Assembly: GCA_022813865.1 (NCBI GenBank)
Contig: JALDZX010000005.1
Span: forward strand, 558,001-622,000
From: Xylographa opegraphella
Taxonomy: Eukaryota
Reading direction: 5' to 3'
DNA: 64,000 bases
Shown here: piece after piece, positions 1 through 12,509 of the stretch
Layout: each line of letters begins with the position of its first letter
Position numbering within the stretch: the stretch's first letter is position 1
Program-made: the position numbers and the translations under genes
The notes under the pieces: generated by a model
What the model was told of the DNA's origin: nothing
Database searches by the model: none
What the model saw: the letters and a program-made list of their open reading frames with translations, nothing else

Positions 1-1018
1 TCTTTCTCGGTCGAGACTCCACGTGTAATCCAAATTGAAACTGATGAGTCGGAGAACCGTGATATTGAACAGAATCTCCCAACGAGGAACGAGGCCGCCA
101 TACGTATCTAATGTGGACCCCCAATTGGTCCTTGATTTCCCGTCGATGTCCACATCGGGAGTGGCAGACCAAGGCAGAATAGAAGTTGCAATCGTGGAGT
201 ATGGATAACCTTTGCCCAGTTCGTTGGCAAACAGAATACCGATGTTGAATATCCATGTAGCCGCGACTACATATTGCCTGGGTACTCGTTTCGCAACCAA
301 GAAATTTGTGTACAAGATAAAAAGCACCTTCAAGGCCGAAAACCCATGCAACGCACACAAGAAAATAAGGGCAAAGTAAAAATCAAAAGTCACTCTCCTT
401 TTCATGCGAGCTTGGGCCAACTCAAGAGGGAATGTTGAATTACTTTTCTGCTCCTGCATTGGTGACGCTTTTGGTGGCATATCCTTCAATGGGTATATAG
501 CTTCGTAGAGTCTGCGCAGAAGTGGATGGACCACTACCAGGATAAACATATATGGAACATTGTCACGAAAGGTTGAATATTGATTGTCAGAGTTGTCTAC
601 CATTCTGCCAGATATCCAGCCAGGGGAAAGGAGATCGACATAGTTCTGATAATTTGGATGAGATGCTAATAGTATCAGCGCCGTTGGCATTATAATGCAT
701 TGTCCCTAGAGTGCTAGACATACGCTTTGATATATCGTATACGGCCTTGAACATCAACGGTACGCACACTAGGAAGATCACATAATAGCTATAGAACTCC
801 GGCGTTCTCCATAACGCTGGCGACACCGCATCTTGCAGCGCTGTGGATTTACCACCACTTTGTTGTCTGGCATTGGTCTCCGCTTCTTTCGTTGATGACT
901 TCGCTGGATCAAGCTGAGTGTTGTCGGTTGTCTTCGAGGGGGCTCTTGACGAGGTGGTGAACCTGGTATCAAGAGTATCAAGAGAGAACAATTTCTGAGC
1001 ATAATGTAAGAGCGACAT
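1..1018 (-). CDS. GUP1: MBOAT-family O-acyltransferase (glycerol uptake/GPI remodelling), 5' part; runs off the window start
   Basis: MSLLHYAQKLFSLDTLDTRF...WRTPEFYSYY; after the intron ~723-666 it continues SHPNYQNYVDLLSPGWISGRMVDNSDNQYSTFRDNVPY and later LIPRWEILFNITVLRLISFNLDY, typical of Gup1. Confidence 0.9.
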
Positions 1019-1328
1019 GTCGCGTGCTCATCTTGTCATACGCGTACTTATAGGCTGTACAACAGAAGCGGACTCGAAAACGTGTCCGAAAGTTGAGGGT
1101 TGACCTCGACGGAGCTTGGGCCTTCAACTTTGCGGGAGATCGGCCGCCTCTGCAGGAAGTTCTGGAAACACTTCCTAGCTTCACTCCACAGCTTGAGTCG
1201 CGCAACGTCAATTGAAACCCATCTCAAGAAAAGGACAAGTGTCTAAAGGCTTTAATATCTTCCTAGAGGCACTGAAGTAGATTGAGTCGAGCTGCACAAA
1301 ACCTCCTGCCAGACGGCGCATTGGCGCC

Positions 1329-2915
1329 ATGGCTCAGAGCTCCGCAATCCCCCCCTCCAATGCCGAGTATGGTGGAGGTACGTATCTCATCGTTCATCCT
1401 GACACCCATTCTGATTAGCCACAGATGAGATATCCGCCCTCGTTCTCGATCCAGGCTACTCGACTACCCGCGCCGGCTTTGCAGGAGAAGATGTACCCAA
1501 ATCCGTGGTGCCTTCGTTCTATGCCATTGTGCCGTCTGATGGAAGCTCGAAGTATCTCTACGGGGACAACGCGGTGCACAACCCATTACCACAAATATCT
1601 GTTGCAAACCCGATGGCAAAAGACGGAACGGTGGAGGACTGGGACACAGCGACCAATCTCTGGGAATATACGATAACATCACGACTCACGAATCCAAGAC
1701 CAGGCAATCCCTTGGTCAAGCTGGACCTCAAGGAGCCTGAGATGTACGACCAGATGGTAACAGCTGAGAATCAGGAAAAGCCGCTGGAAGAGAACCCTCT
1801 CTTAATGACAGAAACAGGCTGGAATTCAGGAAAGGGACGGGAAAAGGGCATCGAGATCGCAATGGAGAACTGGGGATGTCCAGCCTTTTGGCTGGCACGG
1901 AATGGCGTTTGTGCGGCGTAAGTTTCATTTGCTGTTCTCTACGGTCCACGGAACGATCTGACTTGGGCATTTCTCTTTAGTTTCGCAGCCGGCAAAGCCT
2001 CCGCCCTTGTTATCGATGTTGGCGCCTCCTCGATTTCCATCACTCCTGTGCACGACGGTCTCATCCTGCGCAAGGGCGTCGTCCGTTCGCCTCTCGCTGG
2101 TAACTTCGTCTCCGACCAGCTTCGCCTCCTCTTCTCCACATCCACACCACCCGTCCCCTTGGTCCCCCACTACCTGGTCTCCTCTAAAACACCCGTCGAC
2201 GCTGGCGCTCCCGCCGTCGCCACCTATCGCACTTTCGACCCTAAAATCGCCCCTAGTCTCACATTCCGTCGCCTCCAGGAAGAGCGCCTCCTCACCGAGT
2301 TCAAAGAGAGCGTCGTGCAAGTCTGGCCCCGTCCAGGCCGTCTCTCCGAGCAAAACGGCTTGGGTGGGATGAATGAAGAAGTGGTGAGAGCGCAACCGGG
2401 CCGACCGTTCGAAATGCCCGATGGCTGGAATCAAATGTTCGGCGCCGAACGATACCGGGCCGCGGAGGGCATCTTCGACGTTAAAGCCGCGATCACGGGC
2501 GAAGGCTCGCCAGCCCCGCCCCAAAGCCAATCGCTGTTGGCCAGCATCAAAACCTCGCTGGGACAAGTTGATGTGGACATCAGGCCGCATCTGCTGTCGA
2601 ACGTGGTCGTGACCGGGGGCGCGAGCCTGATGCAGGGCTTCACGGAGCGGCTGAACCACGAACTCATGGAATCGTTTTCGGGCCCGCGCGTGCGGGTGAG
2701 CGCGCCGGGCAATATGTATGAGCGGAAGTATGCGAGCTGGATAGGAGGCAGCATCTTGGCGAGCCTGGGGACTTTTCATCAGGTTCGTATCTGCGAGGGG
2801 GTTTTTCTCGGTCGTGCTGAAAGCGTACAATGCTAATAATACATCACAGATGTGGATCTCAAAGAAGGAGTACGAGGAGCATGGGGCTGGGATCGTGGAG
2901 AAGAGGTGCAAGTGA
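1329..2915 (+). CDS. ARP4: Actin-related protein 4 (NuA4/INO80/SWR1 subunit), 4 exons
   Basis: [82 protein letters not shown]; introns ~1378-1425, 1918-1980 and 2783-2849. Confidence 0.93.
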
Positions 2916-3517
2916 TGGGACGGTATGATGTCGCATGATCATGCACTCGGGAGTCTTGAAAAAGTCTTGGGAGCTGGCGTTTCTGATGAGACATGCTGGA
3001 GGAGGGCTTCCCTGTTATCCAAAATTGTTGTCGTCTGTCCCGTTTACCACAATCTTGGACGTTGGGCGATATCGACAGCTTTCTGGTAATCAATACACGC
3101 GAAGGAGCTGCAAGGTCAGATTTGACTACGACCATCAAGGACTTTTAGACTTTAGCATCAAATCTTGTTCAAGGATACCTTACCGGGATTACCAGATCGA
3201 CTGAAAATGTGTTTTTGGCACCAGCTCACGCTCTTGAAACAATAGTATGTCACAAGACCAGAATGGATGAAAGTATCAAAGATTGATCGTTGCCATAGAC
3301 ACGACACTACTATCGGCCGTAAAGGGCGTCTGCCCAGTCCTCCTATCCCAACCGGCTTCCCCATAATCAACCCAACATACCAATGCATATATATTTCCCC
3401 CCAAGTTCCCCAGACCCAAAACACCACGCTCCCCAACGACCAACACCATCCGCTAAAACCAAACTAGAAAAAGCGAGCCCACAGAAAGAAACGTAGAAAT
3501 ATATAATCCCCGACGGC

Positions 3518-6486
3518 CTAAGTCTTCAAGAAATTCTTCCGACTGATCCACACCCCCTCCTTGCCCGTGCCCAAGAAGCCATCATCCCCACCTCGCCGCT
3601 TCTTACCGTCGGACGTCCGCGGCCTGTCGTTGCCGATCGAGACGTCGCTCCTGTTCTTCTTGTGTCCTCGCCCCATGGACCCGATGCCCTTTCCGATGCC
3701 GAGGCCGAAAACCTTCTTCCAGGGACTCTTGGAGCCCTGGTCACTGGCCTGTGGCTCGTGGACGAAATCTCGCGTGCTGACGATTGCCAGTGCTCCAGGG
3801 GTGGTCGCCGGAGGCGACGGGAAATTGTTGTAGAGAATGTGAGAGCGAGAAGTGGCGGTAGTGGGACGGGAGGAAGGGAAAGGTGAGAAGGTGGGCTTGG
3901 AGGGTGTAGGGGCCGTATTCGTTGGGACTGTAGGGTCGTGCTCGGCCGTTCTCTGAGTGTTGGAAGGTTTTGCGGTTGAAACGGTAAGCGGAGTAGATGA
4001 ACGAGAAATGTCGTATGGATTTATGTCTGGTTCTGGCCCAGACACGGTAGCGGAGGTCAGGGCTTCGGGAGGTGTATCGGGTCGAGGCAGAGAACTTGAA
4101 GGTGCAACAGTGGAAGAGAAGGCTGTAAGAGCCACCGCCGATCTCGGGAGAAGGTAAGCAGAGTCAGTAGCTGGCAAAACTGACGCGTCAGGAAGTGTTT
4201 GAGGAGCCTCAGCGACCGTTTCTGGATCGTCGGGCGCAATTATGGCAACGTCATGTTGACTCTTGGAGGCGATATGGAGTGGCGATGGAGCTGCAGACGA
4301 ATGGGCAGGGACGGGGGAGAGTCCGTTGGCGTCAATATACGGAGAGAATGACAATGAGTACTTGGATGAAGTGGGACCTTCAGGTGAATACACCGAGGAC
4401 GACTGAGTAAGATCTCCAGGTAATTCCGCTGATACCGGTTCGGCGGGTAACTCCACATCCTCCTCCTGGATTTCTTGGATTGAGGATGGCTGTCTGGAAT
4501 GTTGTTTCTCTGCAGAACGTACTGACAGCAACTGGTTATCCTGTGGACTACCCAGCAATCCATCAGAGGACGTTCTAGCTGATGGGCTCCCTCGGACAGA
4601 TCTCGCCCGCTTTGGCAGTCTTGATGAGTTCGGATCAAAGCTGCTTTGCGGCTGTGTTGATGGGAGAATTTCTTGACTTCGATAATGGCGTAAAGGAAGA
4701 TCCCTCGGGGATGATCGTATTGGGCTTGCCGGAGCAGTGTTCGAAAATCTAACCTCTCTCGCTTGCACATTCTTGAGGACCGAATTCACTGGATTGCCGT
4801 TGCCACTCGAGGAAGAATTTATAGTAACGACTTTGGGTCGTGCCATGATAGAATTGAGGCGCTGCACTGATCCCGGCACATCACTGGCTGACTTCGGAGA
4901 CCCAGACAGGCTGGAGATTAGGTTTACGGATGTAGCAGATCTGCCGCTGTCGCGATGCATAGATATTTGAGATGCGCTGTCATTTGAAGCATAGTCATTT
5001 TGTCCTGCGGAGCTTTCACTCCGGGGCGACCTGGAACCTCGAGTTTCCGCTATAGGACTTCTAAGATCACTATGAGGAGAGAGTTGTCGTCCAACTTGGT
5101 GGTCTTGTGTTCGTGAATCGTTAATGTCCTTTGCTTCTTCCGAATCCCTGACAAATGGGATTTTCCGAGTGATCGATTTAGTACGTTCCGAGAACGATAC
5201 CCTCCGGGAAGGAGGTTTGGCGGATTCTGAGCCGGCCGTTAGTTTATTTACGTTACTTTGAGATGAGTTCCGGGATATGTCTTTCGACGTAGTTCTGTGC
5301 AATTGCGATCTGGCGCTGGCTTTCAGCGTTTGTTGAATGTCCTCAACGGATCTAGGATTTTCAAATGGCTCCAAGTCAGATTCTGCAGCCTTGTCGTGTC
5401 TTTGGTAAGTTGAGGTGCCATCGATAGTGGCACGGGGTTCTCTTGGTAGAGGTTTTCGAGGAGAATCAGGCGGTGTTAGGGAGTATCGTGGACTTGTAGT
5501 ATTCGACTTAGCCTCGATGCAAATCCTGCGTTCCATTGATTGTAGAGAAACCTACTGATCCATCAGCAAGATTGTACAAACAGCTTCATGCAAACCAGAC
5601 TTACTACATTTCTCCGACTGGCAATGCCTGCCCTTCGTTGGATTTCTGCAATAATGCCTCCCAGCTGTACAAGCGCCACGCTTAAAGTATAACCCTTTTG
5701 TTGCAAAGTGAGGAAAGCTCGACTCCAACCTTCAGTATTGCCAATCATAGCCAAATAGACCGAAGTCTGCTCTTCTGACCGGTGGTCCCATGTTTTCTCG
5801 ATTCTTGTCAAATATCTTCCCAATTCTCGTGTTGCGTCGAGGCCTTTCTGAACGTCTTTTAGGGCATCCTTCATAGCTTTTCCCGTGCGGTCAACAATGT
5901 GCTCAATCTTCTCATTTCCTTCCACGATGGCCGTTCGGAAAGCCCGATCATCGAGCATACTGTCAAAGACCTCGCCATGCTCCAAGGGCAGTTGTAGATA
6001 GCGTATTCGCTCATTAATGTCGTTTTGCGCAAGATCAAAGTCTTCCGTTGTTCTTTCCAGGAAGCCGTCAACCTCGTCCACGTGTGTTTGTAGGATCTTC
6101 AAAACTTCGTCGTCCGATTTGGCCATCCCTTGCTGCAACAGATGCATACCGAAGGAGATTTGTGCCACTAGTTTCCATAAAGGATGAAACTTTTCACCTG
6201 GCTTCTGTTTCCAACGTCCAGCAACGGTCCTTTCGTACTTCTCTTGCTCCAGTAGCATTTTGCGTCTGCTGACAGAGTCCGCCTTCGAGAATCGATTGTC
6301 CAGTTCGGGCTCATCCACCTCGGTCATTGTCTCCATCATCGACTCCTCGAACGCGCCCTGCATAGTGGGAACAGGATGTTGAGGAGGTTGACCGTCCATG
6401 GGACTATCAGGAGAGCTTCTGGTCACATCTGACCCAATGCCAGTTGAAGAAAGCCACTCGCCCTCGGCAGGCGCAGCGAATGCCAT
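3518..6486 (-). CDS. Hypothetical protein (helical N-terminal domain, long Ser/Pro-rich disordered tail), 2 exons
   Basis: ORFs 5563-6486 and 3518-5536 are joined by an intron ~5604-5552 (GTAAGT...CTGAT...TAG); ends GKEGVWISRKNFLKT. Confidence 0.8.
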
Positions 6487-7259
6487 GGAGCAGGCTGCTG
6501 TGCCGTGGGAGCACCGCAGCCGCGGCCTCCGATTAGAGCGGAAGGGGCTTAATCAATTCCCGATTATGGGGACTGTGTTGAAACGTGACAGAGCCGCGGG
6601 AAATTAGGAGCAGGCATGAGGATTGAAATACCATGGATAGGATCCAGAATTCTGGGGTAGCGACTCCAGTGCCTCCAGATCGGTATTGGGTTAGATGCGC
6701 TCCACTCCGGACGGAAACAGAGCCCTGATTCGCCTGGAGGCTACGGAGGTACTTTCGTAGAGTCCGACCAGAGGCTGACTCCGAGGGGCCGAGCTCAGCC
6801 TAAACCTCACGCGGTCTACGCGGGAGTATTCTACCCATGGCCTCGCCTCGCTTGCGCACCTGAAAGTCGCAGCCAGACGCCAGAGTGATGCAAAGGGCAC
6901 GACAACCGATGCTTCAACGGTTATCTTCTGTATGGATTGTGGGTACTACTAGATCCTCCACACTATGACATTTGTGGAGCTTTCGGACAGCTTCAAGCGC
7001 GCGGGACTATGAGTGCCTGCAAGTGCCGCCCCTCAGGGATCCCCATTATTGTTTCTGATACGGACCCTAACTTCTATCCTCATATGTATAGCTTCATAAT
7101 CTGCTTGTGAAGGTCGCCAACGCTTCTCTGGAGATTATCTGAATCAATGCTATCTGAACCATATCGGAAGTAGATGTGACTCTGTCTCGGAGTGCTCGGC
7201 GCAGGTTCCTTCAGAAGCCTGAAAGGTGCCATATATACTTCTTGCGTACTTCATAAGCA

Positions 7260-8816
7260 ATGGACGACTCCACTGGACAGTATGAATCATCGTCGAAGGA
7301 GCGCCTGAAGGCAATGCTTGTGGGAAAGGAGTTGGAGCAAATACCAGCCCCGGCAGCTGTGGTTGATAGAGCAGTCGTGAGACGCAACTGTTCTCAGATG
7401 CTCGCGGCTTGCGACGCTCTTGGAGTGTCGTTTAGACCACACATCAAAACTCACAAGGTAATCTACATCTACTTCGCTCTTTATTATTTGATGATTGGTT
7501 GCCCCACTTGACAGCGTTGTAATCCGGATACCTGAACGTTGGGGTTCGAGGTCTGAAACTCACTAATCTCTGCTGTCAAGACAATCGAGGTCACTCGATT
7601 GCAAGTAGGAGACAACGCCCAGAACGTAAACATTATTGTTTCCACTGTCATGGAAGCGGAATATGTGATGCCTTATCTACGCGACTGCCAGAAGCAAGGG
7701 AAGACCGTCAACGTACTTTACGGGATCCCGTTACCACCTTCGCAAGCTCAGCGTCTCGGTAAGATAGGGAGCGAGCTGGGCCCTGGAAGTATCAGTGTCA
7801 TGATTGACAACTCCGATCAACTTTCCATCCTTCAAGCTTTCAAAGAGGTAGCTGGCTTCAGTGCCAATATCTTCATCAAGATTGATGCAGGATATGGCAG
7901 AGCGGGCTTGGATCCAAACTCCGGAAAACTAAAGGCCTTGCTGGAAGTCGTCCTACCGATCACCAAAGCTGAGGGTTTTGGTCACCTGTCAGGCTTCTAT
8001 AGTCACGCAGGTCATAGCTACGGTGTCGCATCTGGGGATGAAGCAATGGGACACCTGTCCAGTGAAATCGAGAACCTTATCATCGCAGCATCTCTTGCAG
8101 ACAAGCTCTTGGGTGGGAGTCATGAGCCCAACGAAAGCAAAGCCAAATACGTCCTTTCGGTAGGGGCCACGCCATCAGCGACGTCCATCCAACACCTTGT
8201 ACATGCTAATCGAACTCTCCCGGCTGCATGGGAGGCTCAAACAGATAGACTTAGGCAATGTATCGTTCATGCAAAGGGCTGCGGCAACCTGGAGATTCAT
8301 GCTGGGGTGTATCCTTTTCTGGACAACCAGCAGCTCGCGACACAAGCTAGTCTATCTTCGTCCACGACTACCACGCCGATCGCCCAGCACGGTATATCAT
8401 TTCCAGATATAGCATTGACTATTCTCGCCGAAGTCGCCAGCCTGTACATGCATCGCAATCCTCCGGAGGCTCTGATTGCTGCTGGTTCACTGGCGTTGGG
8501 ACGTGAGGCATGCAAATCGTACGGCGGGTGGGGCGTTGTAAGCGATTGGAGCACGTCGTCCGCGACAACGCGCCATCCGTGCACGGTGCCGACGAACAGG
8601 TCAGGATGGGAGGTTGCGCGGATCAGTCAAGAGCATGGGATTCTGCAGCGAGTGTCGGATGACGCCCCCGAGCTCAAAGTTGGCTCTAAATTGCGAGTGT
8701 GGCCCAACCATGCATGCGTGGCAGGAGCAAGCTTTGACTTCTACGTGATTGTGGACTCGGACTCGCCCAGTACGAACCAGGTCGTGGACGTTTGGACTCG
8801 ATGCCGCGGTTGGTGA
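7260..8816 (+). CDS. DSD1: D-serine dehydratase-like PLP enzyme (fold type III / alanine racemase family), 2 exons
   Basis: FRPHIKTHKT (PLP lysine) spans intron 7458-7580; also KIDAGYGRAG, YSHAGHSY, EIHAGVY, SQEHG and PNHAC motifs. Confidence 0.85.
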
Positions 8817-9494
8817 TGTTCATACGGGGGAAGCTTAGCGGGCGATACGTGAAGAACAGTGTTAGATCTGTCCGCCAAGTGTCCGACGAAAGATTCAGGT
8901 CCTCCGTGAAATCGATTGCGATGATGGTGGGACTCGGCACAAATGGTTTCGAAACTCAGACAGACCTCACTGCGCTTAAGACACGGTATGGACTGGTACT
9001 GAGTCTGGGTCAAAGTATGTAGCTGGCATCGTCGGTATTTGCTTTTTCGACTGTTTTCGAAGGGCCAGACGAGCTGGCAAAGGCCAAACGTGAAAGCCGA
9101 TTCCAAATATGAGGTGCTGTCCGTGGATAACGAGCGTAAAGTTTGCCGCCAGCGTGGTGCCGGAGAAGATCTCCATGATGCAAGCTTGCATGACCACCAT
9201 CGAGGTCGCATGGTTGGAGCAGCAAGCGCCGCAGGGAGGACGAGAGCGTGAGCGGTGGCTAAGGGGGAAATTGCTGATAAGCTCTTTTGGGACGCCGTGG
9301 GCGTGGTTCGAAGATCGGTGCAGCTACACTTCGCTAACTCTCCTGAGCTGAGACGACCAGGCGTAGGATGTGGACTGCCAAGGCCTCGTTCCTGAAACAG
9401 GGCGGAACGGCGTGCGGCTAGTGATAGAGCGGACTTTGTTATCATGTCGTGCGCCACATTGGCCCCACGACATCCACTCACTGCTGCCGCGCTG

Positions 9495-9512
9495 TTATCT
9501 TTCGAAAGATAA
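9495..9512. promoter_or_regulatory. Perfect 18-bp palindrome holding two inverted GATA (AreA/NIT2-type) sites upstream of the nitrate transporter
   Basis: TTATCTTTCGAAAGATAA is its own reverse complement; further HGATAR sites near 9276, 9423, 9439, 9879 and 10074. Confidence 0.6.
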
Positions 9513-9523
9513 GAAAGCCCACA

Positions 9524-9552
9524 AATCAACGAATCAACGAATCAACAAATCA
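9524..9552 (+). repeat. Short tandem repeat (AATCAACR) about 3.5 copies
   Basis: aatcaacg-aatcaacg-aatcaaca-aatca lies directly after the GATA palindrome. Confidence 0.7.
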
Positions 9553-10228
9553 AAGTGGTCCTTCTTCCACGGCCATGGCTCCTCTGTGGCAGTGTGGACC
9601 CCCCTCATTGGCTCTGCTGCTCGGCATTTATGCACTCTGTTCGTCGTTGACTCGTTGATGCAGTTTTGTACCTTTCTGCACCCCAACTGCCGTCTCCGCG
9701 CAAGTCAGGATCAAGATGTCCCCAACCCCAACATGTCGGCGTCAATGCTGAGTAGGGATACGTGCTTTACAGCCGACCAGCCTCACTGCGATCACATCCA
9801 CGCGGAGTTCTTTCCGTTGGTCCTTTGGGCTCACGCTCTGTGACCGCTTTCAGACACGCTGGGCCATCTCAGCAATCCTTATCTGGACAAGCGGCATTGA
9901 GCAGACCCAACAACCTGGTCGCCCCCCGTGCAGTCTCGAGATCTCGGAGCTTGCTGCTCTAGCCTGGCAGATCTGTCAGCCCACATCGATCCCGCGGGAC
10001 AAGGCCGGAGAAGCATCATAAGGAAAGCTCCTCCGGTAGACTACCTTCAAGCTCGAGCGGACCTGCAAAGACTGATAAAGAGGCAGTCGATGCCCTTGTT
10101 TGTATAACTTCAAGGTCAACTTGCTCCATACCGGCATACTTGGCCACCCGTCTCGTCTAGACGTGTATATCGTCTTGCATATCAGTCATCCGAGACACCA
10201 CTGTTGATACTTCCTTACCACTCTCGAC

Positions 10229-11947
10229 ATGGATATCACTACTCTATGGCGGGCCCCCGTGGTCAACCCCGTCAACCGCAAGGCGAGGTCGATTCCCGGC
10301 TTGAATCCCTTGAACATGTATGGGCGAGTCTTCTTCTTTGCCTGGTTCGGCTTTTTCATTGCCTTCTGGTCCTGGTAAGTCACATCCTCGCTCCTGCAGT
10401 CCATCATCGAAGTATACCAACACATTATCTAGGTACGCCTTCCCACCACTGTTGACTCTGACCATCGCCAAAGACTTGGGTCTTACTCCGACCGATATCG
10501 CCAATTCAAACATCATTGCTCTCGTAGCAACGTAAGAAGCGCTATCCTTTTCTGCGTCAATATTCGGAAAGCTGATCAACCAATAGGCTGCTCGTCCGAC
10601 TTGTCGCAGGTCCAGCGTGTGATATGTTTGGCCCCCGATATACCTTCGCAGCTTGTCTACTGGCCGGTTCCATTCCCACTGCTCTTGCAGGCGCCGTCAC
10701 CAGCGCCAAGGGATTATTGGCTCTACGTTTCTTTATCGGCATATTGGGTGGCTCTTTTGTGCCTTGCCAGGTATGGTCCACCGGCTTCTTCGACAAGAAC
10801 ATCGTCGGAACCGCCAACTCCTTCACTGGAGGCTTCGGTAATGCTGGAGGAGGCGTGACCTACTTCCTGATGCCCGCCATCTTCGACTCCCTTGTTTCGA
10901 GACAGCATCTTTCGGCCCATGTTGCGTGGCGCGTTGCTTTCATCGTACCATTCATCTGTATCGTCGTCGTCGCTGTTTCCCTCGTGGTCTTCTGCCCGGA
11001 TACACCGACCGGCAAATGGAGCGAGCGTCATATCCGTGCCGAGCAGAACCTCGCCGAGCATGGTATCACTGGCGATGTGGTCAATCTTCCCGTCGGGTTC
11101 GGTAACAAGTCAAACTCGGTTGGCACTGGCAGCCCGTCGGCTGGCAGCAACGAAAAGATCGACTTCACGGCTACTGGCAAGGCTACTGGGAACCAGGACC
11201 ATGAGGCTCAGATTGGTCAACAACAAATGCTCGATACCGCACGAGGGGAAGTTGTCCAGAAGCCCACGTTCAAGGAAGCCATGCAAGTTATCTTTTCTCC
11301 TCAGACGCTCGTGACAGCTGGAGCCTACTTTTGCTCATTCGGTGCGGAGCTGGCAATCAACTCCGTTCTGGGTGCATATTACCTGAAGAACTTTGCCACC
11401 CTTGGACAGACAGGTACTGGACGATGGGCCGCCATGTTCGGTCTACTCAATATTGCGTTTCGGCCAATGGGTGGGATTCTCTCCGATTTTATTTACCGAC
11501 GCACCGGTGTGTGGGGAAAGAAGTTGCTCATCCATGTTTACGCTGTTATCACCGGTGCTTTTCTCATCGCTATCGGGGTTACGGACTCCAAGCATACGAG
11601 CACCATGTTCGGACTCATCGCTGGTATGGCTTTCTTCCTTGAGGGTGGCAACGGGGCCAACTACTCTCTCGTACCCCACGTTCATCCGTACGCGAATGGT
11701 ATGTTTTGAGTCTCCTACTACGATCCATCCCTGCTCATCGCATTTGCTAACATTGTTGACAGGCATTGTCTCTGGTTTTACCGGTGCAATGGGTAACTTC
11801 GGTGGAATCATCTTCGCCATCATCTTCCGCTACAATGGCAAGAACTATGGCAAGGTGTTCTGGATCATCGGTGTCATCACGATTGCCGTCAATCTGTCTC
11901 TCAGCTGGATCCGACCAATCCCCAAGGGTCAGATCGGAGGCCGCTAG
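10229..11947 (+). CDS. nrtA: High-affinity nitrate transporter, NRT2/NNP family of the MFS (CrnA/NrtA-like), 4 exons
   Basis: [54 protein letters not shown], nitrate signature motifs [10 protein letters not shown] and [18 protein letters not shown]; ends [13 protein letters not shown]. Confidence 0.93.
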
Positions 11948-12509
11948 AACTTCAATATGGTCAGGTGCATTGGGAACGGTTGGGAAAGAATTGATACCAG
12001 GCGTTATCGTCGATGTTGATTAGATATACTATGTGTCATGATATTAGTGGTAGCTATATATCATCGACAATTAGGTTTTCGTTAATCCAAAAATCAATAA
12101 ATATTTGTGCACTATGGTGCCTCCTTTGAGATGTGTCTCAGTCGTCAGCAGCACACCGGTTACATATTCATAGCGCAGTCAGTGCAAGTGCTTAACTTGG
12201 TCAATATGATCAAATTACATTTCACACAGAGGGCATGTGTAGTAAAATGGTCGTGATTGCTCGAGCTCTTAGATAGATGGCATGTGGAGGAGAGAATAAC
12301 ATAGACCGAGTTTCAATTGCCTTTCATTCAATACATCTCCGGTAGATACGAAGTATGTCGGACTGCGAAACTGTACCACAATACATTCCTTCTGCTTAGC
12401 GTGATTCTTATCCGCCAATCAGATCTCTTCGGCTTGAGGATCCTGAAATGACGATCTTCAATAGCAGTTCTCATAACCTTCCTCACGACTATCTGCACAC
12501 CAAGCCACC

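Noticed and set aside
1925..2911. 328-aa antisense ORF over ARP4, and similar shadow ORFs over nuo-24, the SDR and the asparaginase
   Set aside because: Expected by-product of high GC3 on the opposite coding strand; no recognisable motifs.
8741..9529. 262-aa minus-strand ORF and 14-bp palindrome ATGCAAGCTTGCAT (9178-9191)
   Set aside because: Non-ATG start, no motif, overlaps the DSD1 3' end and the nrt promoter; a single short palindrome is plausible by chance.
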